A stretch of 64,000 nucleotides of DNA from the NCBI GenBank assembly GCA_963724925.1, contig CAVRXF010000020.1:68816-132815 (forward strand). Reading direction: 5' to 3'. The notes below the pieces were generated by a model. It saw nothing but the letters and a program-made list of their open reading frames with translations. It did not search any database and had not been told where the DNA came from. The position numbers and the translations under genes are program-made. Of the stretch, positions 52,171 to 64,000 are shown in pieces (position 1 is the first letter of the stretch; each line of letters begins with the position of its first letter). The stretch is from an uncultured Actinomycetota bacterium. GTDB taxonomy: Bacteria; Actinomycetota; Actinomycetes; Actinomycetales; Dermatophilaceae.

Positions 52171-53829
52171 ATGTCAGACACGACCGCCGGCCTTTTGCAG
52201 GTCGGTCTGCTGATCGCCGCTCTTGCGGCGTGCTACAAGCCCCTGGGCGCGTACATGGCCCGGGTGTACACCAGCGAGCATGACACCCGCGCCGAACGGG
52301 TCATCTACCGGGTGATGGGCGTGGATCCCACGGCCGATCAGCGTTGGCCGGTCTATGCACGTTCCCTGCTGGTGTTCTCGGGGGTGTGCGTGCTGGGGTT
52401 GTACGCGCTGCTGCGCTTGCAACCGAACCTGCCGCTGAGTCTTGGATTCCCCGGTGTCGCCCCCGATCAGGCGTTCAACACCGCCGCCTCGTTCACGACC
52501 AACACGAACTGGCAGTCCTACTCCGGCGAGTCGACGATGGGGCATCTGGCCCAGATGGCCGGGCTGGCCGTGCAGAACTTCGTCTCGGCTGCGGTCGGGA
52601 TGGCCGTCGCGGTGGCCCTGGTGCGCGGGTTCGCACGTTCGCGCACCGATCGGGTCGGCAACTTCTGGGTGGACCTGATCCGGGGTAGCCTGCGCATCCT
52701 GCTGCCGATCGCCGTGGTCGCCACGGTGGCGCTGATCGCGCTGGGCGCGGTGCAGAACTTCTCCTCCGGCACCGAGGTCACCACCTTGGTTGGCCAGTCG
52801 CAGACCATCACCGGCGGGCCGGTCGCCTCGCAAGAGGCCATCAAGGAGCTGGGGACCAACGGCGGCGGGTTCTACAACGCGAACTCGGCGCACCCGTTCG
52901 AGAACCCCAACGCCGTCTCGAACCTGCTGGAGATCTTCCTGCTGCTGCTCATCCCGGTGTCGTTGACGTACACGTTCGGGCGGATGGTCAAGGACCAGCG
53001 GCAGGGATACGCGATCCTGGCGGCGATGGGCACCTTGTGGGCCCTGATCGTGACCGGCATCTCGATTCTGGAGGCCGCCCATCCAGGCACGGCGCTGCAG
53101 CTGGCCGGCGCCTCGATGGAAGGCAAGGAAACCCGCTTCGGGGAGGCCGCCTCCGCGTTGTTCGCGGCCTCCACCACCGGGACCTCCACCGGCGCGGTCA
53201 ACTCGTTCCACTCCTCGTTCACCGCGCTCGGTGGCGGGCTGGCCATCTTTCACATGGGTCTGGGTGAGGTTTCCCCCGGCGGGGTTGGCACTGGGCTGTA
53301 CGGGATGCTGGTGATGGCCATCGTGACGGTGTTCGTCGCCGGGCTGATGGTCGGGCGCACTCCGGAGTTTCTGCGTAAGAAGATCACCTCCCGCGAGATC
53401 AAGCTGGTCTCCCTGTACATCCTGACGATGCCGGTGATCGTGCTCGGCGCGACCGGTCTGGCGATGGCCCTGCCGGGCCCGAAGGACTCGATCCTCAACC
53501 CCGGCCCACACGGCCTGTCCGAAGTGCTGTACGCGTTCATGTCCGGGACCAACAACAACGGATCCGCCTTCGCCGGGCTGAACGCGAACACCGGCTTCTA
53601 CAACACCGCGATCGGGCTGGCCATGCTCGCCGGCCGGTTCGTGCCGATCGTGCTGGCCCTGGCGTTGGCCGGGTCACTGGCCAGCCAGCAGCCGGTGCCG
53701 GCGACCGCGGGCACCCTGCCGACGCACCGCCCACTGTTCGTGGGGATGCTGATCGGGGTGGTGCTCATCGTGGCCGGGCTGACGTTCTTTCCCGCGCTGG
53801 CGCTCGGACCGATGGCGGAGGGTCTATAG
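52171..53829 (+). CDS. kdpA: K+-transporting ATPase subunit A
   Basis: 552-aa polytopic protein with typical KdpA sequence ([17 protein letters not shown]). Confidence 0.95.
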   Translation: MSDTTAGLLQVGLLIAALAACYKPLGAYMARVYTSEHDTRAERVIYRVMGVDPTADQRWPVYARSLLVFSGVCVLGLYALLRLQPNLPLSLGFPGVAPDQAFNTAASFTTNTNWQSYSGESTMGHLAQMAGLAVQNFVSAAVGMAVAVALVRGFARSRTDRVGNFWVDLIRGSLRILLPIAVVATVALIALGAVQNFSSGTEVTTLVGQSQTITGGPVASQEAIKELGTNGGGFYNANSAHPFENPNAVSNLLEIFLLLLIPVSLTYTFGRMVKDQRQGYAILAAMGTLWALIVTGISILEAAHPGTALQLAGASMEGKETRFGEAASALFAASTTGTSTGAVNSFHSSFTALGGGLAIFHMGLGEVSPGGVGTGLYGMLVMAIVTVFVAGLMVGRTPEFLRKKITSREIKLVSLYILTMPVIVLGATGLAMALPGPKDSILNPGPHGLSEVLYAFMSGTNNNGSAFAGLNANTGFYNTAIGLAMLAGRFVPIVLALALAGSLASQQPVPATAGTLPTHRPLFVGMLIGVVLIVAGLTFFPALALGPMAEGL

Positions 53830-55954
53830 ATGCCCACCCTGACCGACCCCACCCCCCAGTTCCCGCACTCCGACAAAGGACCCCTAGCCGTGAGCAGCGA
53901 ACCCCAGGCCCCGACGCGAGTGCAGGCGGGCCTGCTCGACCCGAAGATGCTGCTGTTTTCGGTGCCCGCGGCGGTGCGCAAGCTGGACCCGCGCATCATG
54001 GTCCGCAGCCCGGTCATGTTCGTGGTCGAAGTCGGCGCGGCGCTGTCCACGGTGCTGGCGATCACCGACCCGAGCCTGTTCGCCTGGTCGGTCGTCGGGT
54101 GGCTGTGGCTCACGGTCATCTTCGCCAACCTCGCCGAGGCCGTCGCCGAGGGCCGCGGCAAGGCCCAGGCCGCCACCCTGCGCCGGGCCAAGACCGAGAC
54201 CATGGCCCGGCGGCTGCGCGCCGATGGCACCGAGGAGAGCGTGCCCGGACCCGAGCTGCGCCTGGGCGACCGTGTGGTGGTGCAGGCCGGGGGGATCATC
54301 CCCGGTGACGGCGATGTCGTCGAGGGTGTGGCCAGCGTCGATGAGTCGGCGATCACCGGTGAGTCCGCACCCGGTGATCCGCGAGTCCGGCGGGGACCGC
54401 AGCTCGGTCACCGGCGGCACCAAGGTGCTGTCCGACCGGATCGTGGTGGCCATCACCGCCAAGCCGGGCGAAAGCTTCATCGACCGGATGATCGCGCTGG
54501 TGGAGGGCGCCTCCCGGCAGAAGACACCCAACGAGATCGCGCTGAACATCCTGCTGGCCAGCCTGACCATCGTCTTCCTGATGGCGACACTGACGTTGCA
54601 GCCGTTCGCCATGTACTCCGGCGCCGAGCAGTCCCTGATCGTGCTGGTGGCACTGTTGGTGTGCCTCATCCCCACCACCATCGGGGCGCTGCTGTCGGCC
54701 ATCGGCATCGCGGGCATGGACCGGCTCGTGCAGCACAACGTGCTGGCCATGTCCGGCCGGGCGGTCGAGGCCGCCGGTGACGTGAACACGTTGTTGTTGG
54801 ACAAGACCGGCACCATCACGTTGGGAAACCGGCAGGCGGCCCAGTTCCTGGCCGTGGACGGCGTTGATTTGGCCGTGCTGGCTGACGCCGCGCAGTTGGC
54901 AAGCCTGGCCGACGAGACCCCCGAAGGACGCTCCATCGTGGTACTGGCCAAGACCGCGCACGGACTTCGGGAACGTCACGCCGGTGAGCTCAGTGCCGCC
55001 CACTTCGTGGCCTTCACCGCGCAGACGCGAATGAGCGGGGTGGACCTGGACGGGGAACGGCAGATCCGCAAGGGCGCGGCGGCGGCGGTCATGAAGTGGG
55101 TGCGTGACCACGGCGGACACCCCACCGAGGAGGTCGGGGCGATTGTCGATGCCATCTCCACCAGCGGCGGCACCCCGCTGGTGGTCGCCGAGAAACGCCA
55201 GGGCCACGCCGCTCACACACTCGGGGTGGTCAACCTCAAAGACATCGTCAAGGCGGGGATGCGGGAGCGGTTCGCGGAGATGCGCCGGATGGGAATCCGC
55301 ACCGTGATGATCACCGGAGACAATCCACTCACCGCCAAAGCCATCGCCGAGGAGGCCGGCGTTGACGACTTCCTGGCCGAGGCCATCCCCGAAGACAAGA
55401 TGGCATTGATCAAGGCCGAGCAGCAAGGCGGGCGGCTGGTGGCCATGACCGGGGATGGCACCAATGACGCGCCGGCTCTGGCCCAGGCCGACGTCGGGGT
55501 CGCCATGAACACCGGAACGTCGGCCGCCAAGGAGGCCGGCAACATGGTCGACCTTGACTCCAACCCGACCAAGCTCATCGAGATCGTCGAGATCGGCAAG
55601 CAGCTGCTGATCACCCGCGGGTCGCTGACGACGTTCTCCATCGCCAACGACATCGCCAAGTACTTCGCCATCATCCCGGCCATGTTCGCTGGCGTGTTCG
55701 CCGGCCTGGGCACGCTGAACATCATGCGCCTGTCCTCGCCGCAGTCCGCGATCCTGTCGGCGGTCATCTTCAACGCGCTGATCATCATCGGGCTCATCCC
55801 GCTGGCGCTGCGCGGGGTGCAGTACGTGCCGGCCTCGGCCGGGGCGATGCTGCGACGCAACCTGCTCATCTACGGTCTCGGCGGCATCATCGCCCCCTTC
55901 ATCGGGATCAAGCTCATCGACCTGCTGGTATCGCAGATCCCCGGCATCGGCTAA
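53830..55954 (+). pseudogene. kdpB: K+-transporting ATPase subunit B (P-type ATPase), one +1 frameshift as given
   Basis: The N-terminal part, up to [11 protein letters not shown], is in one frame. [16 protein letters not shown]...DKTGTIT...[11 protein letters not shown] is in the +1 frame. The break is at GG 54373-54374. Confidence 0.9.
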
Positions 55955-55978
55955 ACCAAAGACAAGGAAGACCATTCG

Positions 55979-56635
55979 GTGGCAACCCAGACCTCCTCGA
56001 CCCTGCGAGTGTTCGCGGCCGCGGTGCGCTCGCTGCTCGTGCTCACCCTCATCGTCGGTGTGGCCTACCCGTTGGCCATGACCGCGGTTGCGCAGCTGCT
56101 GTTCAACTCCAACGCCAACGGCTCGCTGGTGTCGCGAGACGACACAACCGTGGGCTCTGTGCTCATCGGGCAAGGGTTCACCCGTGCGGTCCTGGAAAAC
56201 GGGCAACCAAAGACCGACGCGGACGGCAACCCGGTGCTGGAAGCGGACCCGGCCTACTTCCAGAGCCGGCCATCGGCGGCCGGTGCCGGCTATGACCCGC
56301 TGTCCACGTCCGCCTCCAACCTCGGCCCGGAGAACCCCGAGCTGATCGCCGCCATCCAGCAGCGTGCGGACACCGCGGCTGCCCTCGACGGTGTGCCGCC
56401 CCAGATGGTGGCCCCGGACGCGCTGCAGGCCAGCGGCTCAGGGCTCGATCCGCACATCAGCCCCGGGTATGCCACCGAGCAGGTTGCGCGGGTGGCCCGC
56501 GAGCGCGGGCTTGACCCGGGCACGGTCAGCGCGTTGGTGGCCGAGCACACCCAGCCGCGTCTTTTGGGGTTCCTGGGCGAGCCTCGGGTCAACGTCCTTG
56601 AGCTGAACATGGCCTTGGATGGCATCCCCCGATGA
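55979..56635 (+). CDS. kdpC: K+-transporting ATPase subunit C
   Basis: N-terminal TM segment followed by KdpC sequence (GSGLDPHISP). The start codon is GTG. Confidence 0.92.
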   Translation: MATQTSSTLRVFAAAVRSLLVLTLIVGVAYPLAMTAVAQLLFNSNANGSLVSRDDTTVGSVLIGQGFTRAVLENGQPKTDADGNPVLEADPAYFQSRPSAAGAGYDPLSTSASNLGPENPELIAAIQQRADTAAALDGVPPQMVAPDALQASGSGLDPHISPGYATEQVARVARERGLDPGTVSALVAEHTQPRLLGFLGEPRVNVLELNMALDGIPR

Positions 56636-56682
56636 GCGCGTGGCCCGCACCGCGACGACCTCAGTGAGGAGGGACCTGGCAC

Positions 56683-59313
56683 ATGGGACGCGGTAGTTTG
56701 CGGATCTACCTGGGTGCTGCCCCTGGGGTCGGCAAGACCTACGCCATGCTCGATGAGGGTCGCCGGCGCGCCCGACGCGGCACCGACGTGGTCGTGGGCT
56801 TCGTTGAGACCTATGCACGCCAGCACACGGCGGCCCTGCTTGAGGGGCTGGAGATTGTTCCCCGCAAGCAGGTCTCCTACCGCGGTGCCAGCTTCACCGA
56901 GATGGACCTCGACGCGGTGCTGGCGCGCCACCCCGCGGTTGCCCTGGTCGACGAGCTGGCCCACACCAACGTCCCGGGGTCTGGAAACGAGAAGCGGTGG
57001 CAGGACATCCAGATGCTGCTGGCCGCTGGGATCGACGTGATCTCCACCGTGAACATCCAGCATCTGGAGTCGTTCAACGACGTGGTCGAGAAGATCACCG
57101 GTGTGCCGCAGCGTGAGCGGGTGCCCGATGCGTTCGTGCGGGCCGCCGATCAGGTCGAGCTGGTCGACATGGCCCCCGAAGCGCTGCGTCGTCGGATGGC
57201 GCACGGCAACATCTACCCCGCCGAGAAGGTCAACGCCGCACTGGGCAACTACTTCCGGGTCGGCAACCTCACCGCCCTGCGTGAGCTGGCCCTGCTGTGG
57301 ACCGCCGACAAGGTCGAGGAAGCCCTGCAGCTCTACCGGGAAGAGAACGACATCGGGCAGACCTGGGAGACGCGCGAACGCGTCGTGGTCGCCCTCAGCG
57401 GTGGACCCGAAGGCGAGACCCTGATCCGCCGGGCGGCCCGGGTGGCGGCCCGCTCGGCCGGCGGCGACCTGCTCGCCGTGCACGTCACCCGCTCCGACGG
57501 GCTCATCGGCGCCAGCCCAGCCGACCTGGCCACGCAGAGACGGCTCGTGGAGACCTTGGGCGGCAGCTACCACCAGATCATCGGCGACGACGTGCCCGTT
57601 GCGTTGCTCGAGTTCGCCCGCGCCGAAAACGCCACCCAGCTGGTGCTGGGCGTCAGCCGCCGCTCCTGGCTGGCTGGGCTGCTCAGCCGCACGGGCATCG
57701 GCGCCGAGATCATCCGCGGTTCCGGCGACATCGACGTGCACCTGGTGACCCACTCGCAGGTGGGAAAGGGCCGCGGCCTGCCGCGATCGCACGGCAGCCT
57801 GCCACGCCGGCGACGACTGCAGGGATTCGCGCTGGCGCTGCTGCTGCCCCCGCTGCTGACCCTGGCGTTGATTCCCGCGCGGGAGCAGCTCAATCTCGTC
57901 AGCGACGTGCTGCTGTTGCAGCTGGCCGTCGTCGTGGTGGCCCTGGTGGGGGGCTTCCTGCCGGCGATGACCGCCGCGCTGTTCGGCTCCCTGCTGTTGA
58001 ACTACTACTTCGTGCCGCCCCTGCACACCCTGACCATTCAGGACAGCGAACAACGCGCTAGCCATCGGTGTGTTCATCGTTGTCGCGGCCCTGGTGAGCT
58101 CGGTGGTGGATCTTGCCGCTCGACGCACCCGGCAGGCGGCCCGTGCCGCCGCCGAGGCAGAGACGTTGGGCACCCTGGCCGGAAGCGTGCTCCGCGGAGA
58201 GACCGCGCTGCCCGCGTTGCTGGAACGGGTCCGCGAGGCCTTCGGCCTCACCTCGGTCACCCTGCTGGAGAAGATCCACAGCGCCGACCGCCCACCCACG
58301 ACCGCCATACGCAGTTCCATGGATCCGTGGGTCGTTAGGGCCGCCGCCGGTGAGGGCCGCTGCGAGCGGCCCGAGGACGCGGACACTCAGGTTCCTGCCG
58401 GCGAATCGCTCATGCTCGGCCTGTGTGGCCGGCCGCTGCACGCCGAGGACCAGCGAGTCCTGGCTGCCTTCGCCGCCCACGCGGCCGTCATCCTGGACCG
58501 CTCGCGCCTGAGCGAGGCCGCAGCGGCCGCCGGCCCGTTGGCCGCGGCCGACAGGATGCGCACAGCGCTGCTGGCGGCCGTCGGACACGACCTGCGCAGC
58601 CCGCTGGCCTCGGCGAAGGCGGCCGTCACCAGCCTGCGTAGCGATGACGTGGCATGGACGCCGGGCGAAAAGCGCGAGCTGTTGATGACCGCGGACGAGT
58701 CGTTGGACCGCCTGGCCCGGTTGGTGGACAACCTGCTGGACATGAGCCGACTGCGCGCCGACGCGCTGGCCATCCTCAGTCGCCCGGTTGCCCTCGAGGA
58801 TGTGGTTGCCCTGGCACTTGACCACCTCGGCTCGGACAGCGGCAGCGTCGTGGTCGACGTTCCTGACGACCTGCCCATGGTGCAGGCCGATGCCGGCCTG
58901 CTCGAGCGGGTCATCGCCAACCTGGTGGGAAACGCCATTCGATACAGCCCCCCCAACCGGCCCCCCATCATCACCGGCAGCGGCCTGGGCAACCGGGTGG
59001 AGCTGCGGGTGATCGACCATGGCGCCGGCATCCCATCCACCGACCTGGACCGGGTCTTCACCCCCTTCCAGCGCCTCGGCGACACCGACAACACCACCGG
59101 AATCGGGCTTGGGCTGGCCCTATCCCGGGGGCTGACCGAGGCCATGGGCGGCTCTTTGCAGCCGGAGGAAACCCCGGGGGGTGGCCTGACCATGGTCGTC
59201 TCGTTGCCCGCCGCAGCCCCGGATCCCACCGCGTCAGGAACGGGCGCCGAGCCAGGCTATCGGGAGCAAGCCACCCAGGACCCGTCCCTGTCCAGCGACC
59301 GGCCCGGCACGTG

Positions 59314-59314
<1 letters not shown>
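56683..59314 (+). pseudogene. kdpD: sensor histidine kinase KdpD, one +1 frameshift as given
   Basis: The KdpD N-terminal P-loop domain (GAAPGVGKTY), the Usp domain and the first DUF4118 TM helices are in one frame. ALAIGVFIVVAALV...HDLRSPL...GIGLGLA (HisKA/HATPase) is in the +1 frame. The break is near 58050-58051. Confidence 0.9.
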
Positions 59315-60101
<787 letters not shown>

Positions 60102-60109
60102 ACGGGGCT

Positions 60110-60126
60110 GTCAGGATGTTGTTAGA
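60110..60126 (+). promoter_or_regulatory. GTCAGG-N5-GTTAGA direct repeat upstream of the DUF4118 gene (same box type as the kdp promoter)
   Basis: GTCAGGatgttGTTAGAACCCTT closely resembles GTTAAGaagtcGTTAGGACCCTT at 63627. Confidence 0.3.
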
Positions 60127-60226
60127 ACCCTTCGTGTTCGCCTCGCCCGGCTGTTTGGATGAATCCTGTGAACGTTGACCCCTACTACTATCGGGTCCGC
60201 CCCCTGTTCATCATCGCCGCGGCATC

Positions 60227-60970
60227 GTGCCGATACTGCTGTGCTGGGCGCTGGGGGCCTTCAAGGACAGCGTCACCAACGCCACCGCGGTGCTGGTTCT
60301 CGTGCTCTTTGTCGTGGCCGTGGCTGCCATGGGGGACCGGCTCGCAGGACTAATGGCGGCGCTGTCCAGCGCCGCCGCGTTCGACTTCTATCTCACCGAG
60401 CCCTACCAGCGATTCGACATCTACGACCCCAACGACGTCGAAGCCGCTGTGCTGCTCGTACTTGTCGGAGTGGGCGTCACCGAACTGGCCCTGTGGGGCC
60501 GGCGCCAACAGGGCCGGGCCAGTCGCCGAGCCGGGTACCTTGAGGGCGTCCACCAAACCGCCGAAATCATCGGCGATCGCCAATCCACACCGGAACAGAT
60601 CATCCATCGGGTCGCCGAGCAGATCCGGCAGGTGCTTGACCTTGACCGATGCCACTTCGTCCCGGATACCCAACCCAGCCCACAGGCACCCCGAATCGAC
60701 CACGACGGCTCCCTCAGTCGAGGCGGCCAAACCCTCAACATCGAACAAGACGGGCTGCCAACCCACGAGGAGATAGGCCTCATCGTCAGCGCCGCAGGAG
60801 TCACCCGCGGCCACTACCTGCTCACCGCAGCGACCCGCACCCGTCGACCAACACTGGAACAGCGGAAAGTCGCCGTGCTTCTCGCTGATCAGGTCGGTGC
60901 CTTCCTGGCCGATCACGGGTCGCCCACCGACGCCCCACCTCGGGAGGACACCCGATCGCCAAGTCCCTGA
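60227..60970 (+). CDS. DUF4118 domain protein (KdpD-type membrane domain without a kinase core)
   Basis: NATAVLVLVLFVVAVAAMGDRLAGLMAALSSAAAFDFYLTEPYQRFDI... matches the KdpD TM-domain pattern and is followed by a small soluble domain. The N-terminus is uncertain; possible additional coding lies in another frame from 60159. Confidence 0.7.
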   Translation: MPILLCWALGAFKDSVTNATAVLVLVLFVVAVAAMGDRLAGLMAALSSAAAFDFYLTEPYQRFDIYDPNDVEAAVLLVLVGVGVTELALWGRRQQGRASRRAGYLEGVHQTAEIIGDRQSTPEQIIHRVAEQIRQVLDLDRCHFVPDTQPSPQAPRIDHDGSLSRGGQTLNIEQDGLPTHEEIGLIVSAAGVTRGHYLLTAATRTRRPTLEQRKVAVLLADQVGAFLADHGSPTDAPPREDTRSPSP

Positions 60971-61384
60971 ACAAGCCTGGCCCCCGTCGCCGACAGCAGC
61001 TCCCCGACGCCGATTCCTCAACCCGCCACACCCGGCCCACCGCCGGACTACACAACGGAGAGTCAACCCCGGGGCTCGAGACCGCCCCCGTATCAGCCCC
61101 GACTCGTCCTGCGTCTTCGAGCCACTCGTGGTCGTCCTCGGTTGCGAAGTTCTGGGTCCCCGTAGAGGTCGGTTCCCATGACACCCAAGGTGAACAGAAC
61201 AGAGATCATCCCGAACCAGCAGCGGCTGCACCGTGCGATCAACAGCCTGCTCAACAGGCCGTTCCAGAACATTCCAACCCACGCGACGCCGTCGCGAGTA
61301 CGACCGACCGAAGACGCAAAGTTGAAAGCGCCCGCAAGCAGTCAGTCAACGGACGAGCCCCGGCGCACCACCGTGCTGCTCGAG

Positions 61385-61920
61385 GAGCATCGCCCCGTTC
61401 GCTGTCGAGCTTTCCCTACGCGGGCGGGGATGTGGACCTGGATGATCTGGTCTCGTTCCTGACCGACCCGGTGGGTCATTACTTGCGGCTCGGCTGGGTC
61501 TGCGGCTGCCCGATGAGCCCGAGGGTCGTAGCGACGGAATCCCGCTGGAGCTGACCGCCTGAACGAGTGGGCGGTCGACGACCGGGTTCTGCGCGCGGCC
61601 CTGGCCGGCCAAGACATCCGGCAGTGTGAGGCCGCTGAACGTCGGCGAGGCGAGCTGCCCCCCGCCGGCCTCGGCGAGGTGGCGTTGCAAGCCATCACTG
61701 CGACCATCAGGTTCCTCACGACCGTGGCGCCTGGCAGACCCATGGGTTCCGTTTGCCGGGGGCTCCCGCAGTCACACGCGGCCTTGAGGTGGACGCGGCA
61801 CCGCCCAACGGAAGCCACTAGTTGGGGGCGATTGGGCCGCTGACCTGGGCAAACGTCGGCGCGTCTGCCCGGCGGTGGGGTCGAATGACGAGATCCTGGT
61901 CCAGGACCCTTATGTCACAA
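61385..61920 (+). pseudogene. recC: relic of the 3' part of recC (RecBCD gamma subunit), multiple frame breaks and an in-frame stop
   Basis: Segments in successive frames read VDLDDLVSFLTDPVGHYLR, then ARLGLRLPDEPEGRSDGIPLELTA, then LNEWAVDDRVLRAALAGQDIRQCEAAERRRGELPPAGLGEVAL. They follow the RecC C-terminal pattern as I remember it. The N-terminal roughly 900 codons are absent. Confidence 0.45.
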
Positions 61921-61935
61921 GGGAAGTGAGGCCTG

Positions 61936-63273
61936 ATGCTGGTTACCACCAATGGGCAGCAGACGTTGTGGGAGACGATCCTGCCGCCGGGCTACGAGAA
62001 TCTTCCGGCGGAGCTGGCGGCCGTCGACGCGGTGCTTGAGGACCCAGTGTTCTTCGAGCCGTACCGGGCGCACTTCTCTGCGGTGATGGGCCGCCCGTCG
62101 ATACCGATCGAGACCTACCTGCGGATGATGTTCCTCAAGCACCGCTATGGGCTGGGTTACGAGAGCCTGTGCCGGGAGGTGGCCGACTCGATCTGCTGGT
62201 CGCGGTTTTGCCGGATCCCGCTGGGGACACGGGTGCCGCACCCGTCGACGCTGGGCAAGCTGACCGCCCGCTGCGGCGCGAGCGTGATCGAGCAGCTGAA
62301 CGCGGCGCTGTTGGCCAAGGCGGCAGCGGCCAAGGTGGTCAAGACCGACAAGGTCCGCGCGGACACCACCGTGGTCCCGGCGAACGTGGCCTACCCGACT
62401 GACTCCGGGCTGCTGGTCCGCGCGATCGCGGTCGGGCGGCGGGCGCGGTCGATCTTTGCGCACCTGAAGCTGCGCAAATGAGCAGGCCAAGGCCAGCGTG
62501 CTGGGGATCACCGGCGAGCTGGCCGATCTGGCCGAGGCCAGCGTCATCGAGGCCACCGGGGTGCTGGTCAATGCCCGCCGCCATGTGGCCCGCCGCGGTG
62601 CGGGCACCTCGGGGCGGCTGGCCTGGGCGATCGATGAGCTGCAGGTGATGTTGGGCCGGGCCACTCAGGTGGTGGCCCAGACCCGCACCTGGCTGGCCGG
62701 GGCGATCCCGGCCTCGGCGACCCGGCTGGTGTCCCTTCACGACGGGATGCCCGCCCGATCGTCGTGCACCGGGGCAACCCGGCGGATGCTCCGCTGCTCG
62801 CCCCGGCCATCGGGCGGATCAAGACGCTGCTCGGTCGAGCACCACACGTGGTCACCGCCGACCACGGCTACGGCGAGGCTAAGGTGGACCAGGAACTGAC
62901 CGACCTGGGCGTGACCACCGTGGTCATTCCCCGCAAGGGCAAGCCCTCCACGGCCCGCCGCGAGCACGAGCACCGCCGCGGTTTCCGCCGCCTGGTCAAG
63001 TGGCGCACCGGCAGCGAGGGACGCATCTGCTACCCCAAGTGTCGCTACGGCTTCGACCGCACCCGCCTCGATGACCTTACCGGCACCCAGACCTGGTGCG
63101 GCCCGGGCGTGCTGGCGCACAACAGCGTCAAGATCGCCCACCTGATCCAGCAGAGGCGCCCGGCAACCCAAACTCGGCCCAGCCGTCGTCGATCAGCCCA
63201 ACCACCAGCCCCCAGCGCCGCCGCGACCGGACCACCGCCGGACCCACTGCCCTCCTCCAGGACCTCTGCATAA
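61936..63273 (+). mobile_element. IS5-family transposase gene (DUF772 N-terminal + DDE domain), broken into three frames
   Basis: The N-terminal part reads ...GRPSIPIETYLRMMFLKHRYGLGYESLCREVADSICWSRFCRIP. The middle part reads VLGITGELADLAEASV. The DDE part reads VVHRGNPADAPLLAPAIGRIK...VTADHGYGEAKVDQEL...FRRLVKWRTGSEGRI. The stop at 62479-62481 and a further shift near 62745 interrupt it. The element ends are not resolved. Confidence 0.8.
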
Positions 63274-63626
63274 CCTCCTCCCGCGCTCCCGGCCGACCCG
63301 GCACACCTGCCCGGCCCTCCCAAGACGGGAGGGGACCGGGACAGGGGCCGGAAACGCCTGCTGGGCAGATCGCGGAAGGGTCGTACTCGATCCTGCCGAC
63401 CTGTGTCCCACCCCTACCCAGAGCCATTCTTCGGGGCGAAGTAGCTAAAGCTCAGCAAGCAGTTCGATGGCGTCTTTGCGGCTTCGAGAAGAGCGTGCGC
63501 GACCTCACCTGGAGCCATTCGGCGTTCCTGTCGGCCGTCCGGGCACGCAAACCGCCGAGGGCGTGATGAGCCGACGCCGGCCGCGCCGGGACCGATGCCT
63601 TTCTTGGTGGCTCGCCTCACGTTCGC

Positions 63627-63643
63627 GTTAAGAAGTCGTTAGG
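63627..63643 (+). promoter_or_regulatory. GTTAAG-N5-GTTAGG direct repeat upstream of the APC permease gene
   Basis: GTTAAGaagtcGTTAGGACCC has the same hexamers and the same 11-bp phasing as the box at 51908-51924. Confidence 0.35.
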
Positions 63644-63692
63644 ACCCTTGGTCAGTGCGTCCGGTGGGGCCTTCGATGGTCTGGTGTCCTCG

Positions 63693-64000
63693 ATGCCCCC
63701 AATCGTCACCGACCAGGCCCCGAGCTTCCTCGCGCGGCCCGACGCGATCCCCGCGGGCATCGAAGCCCCAGAGAGCCTGGCCTACCGCCTCAAATGCGCC
63801 CTGCTCGGGCCGCCCCTGACGACGACCCGGCTGCAGCATGAGCGGCTGAGCAAGAAGCTCGCCTTGGGTGTGCTCTCGAGCGACTGCATCTCCTCATCGG
63901 CATACGGTTCCGAGGAGATCCTGCTCATCCTGGTGCCGCTGTTCGGTCTGGCGGCATACGGGCTGCTGCTGCCGCTGACCGGTGTCGTGCTGATGGTCCT
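63693..64000 (+). CDS. APC-superfamily permease, N-terminal part (3' end outside the window)
   Basis: The open frame to the window edge reads ...YRLKCALLGPPLTTTRLQHERLSKKLALGVLSSDCISSSAYGSEEILLILVP, an N-terminus typical of APC permeases. The start is uncertain: ATG 63693, GTG 63684 or TTG 63648. Confidence 0.6.
   Translation, partial: MPPIVTDQAPSFLARPDAIPAGIEAPESLAYRLKCALLGPPLTTTRLQHERLSKKLALGVLSSDCISSSAYGSEEILLILVPLFGLAAYGLLLPLTGVVLMV

Overview
High-GC (by eye about 70%) actinobacterial chromosome segment. Positions 1-44.7 kb are a dense housekeeping block: hflX, a WS/DGAT acyltransferase, dinG, holA, rpsT, lepA, an RND exporter, hemW, hrcA-dnaJ, rsmE, an ECF sigma/anti-sigma pair, phoH-ybeY-CNNM-era, leuA, recO-uppS, zur-znuBCA and glyQS. 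From memory, the gene order resembles the M. tuberculosis Rv2357c-Rv2413c region. Positions 44.7-63.7 kb look accessory. They hold a nested inverted-repeat element, an MNT/HEPN toxin-antitoxin pair, decayed ORFs, corA, kup, kdpFABCDE, a stand-alone DUF4118 gene, a recC relic and a broken IS5-family transposase. A partial APC permease follows at the right edge. Three points stand out. (1) The 8-mer CGGCATAC occurs about once per kb, in both orientations and in every reading frame, across the housekeeping block; I hand-counted 46 copies. (2) That 8-mer is completely absent from about 46.65-63.9 kb, which covers most of the accessory region. (3) At least a dozen reading-frame breaks can each be repaired by deleting one base, so the sequence carries either insertion-type assembly errors or real gene decay. 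No rRNA, tRNA or CRISPR array was found. All counts and coordinates were worked out by hand.
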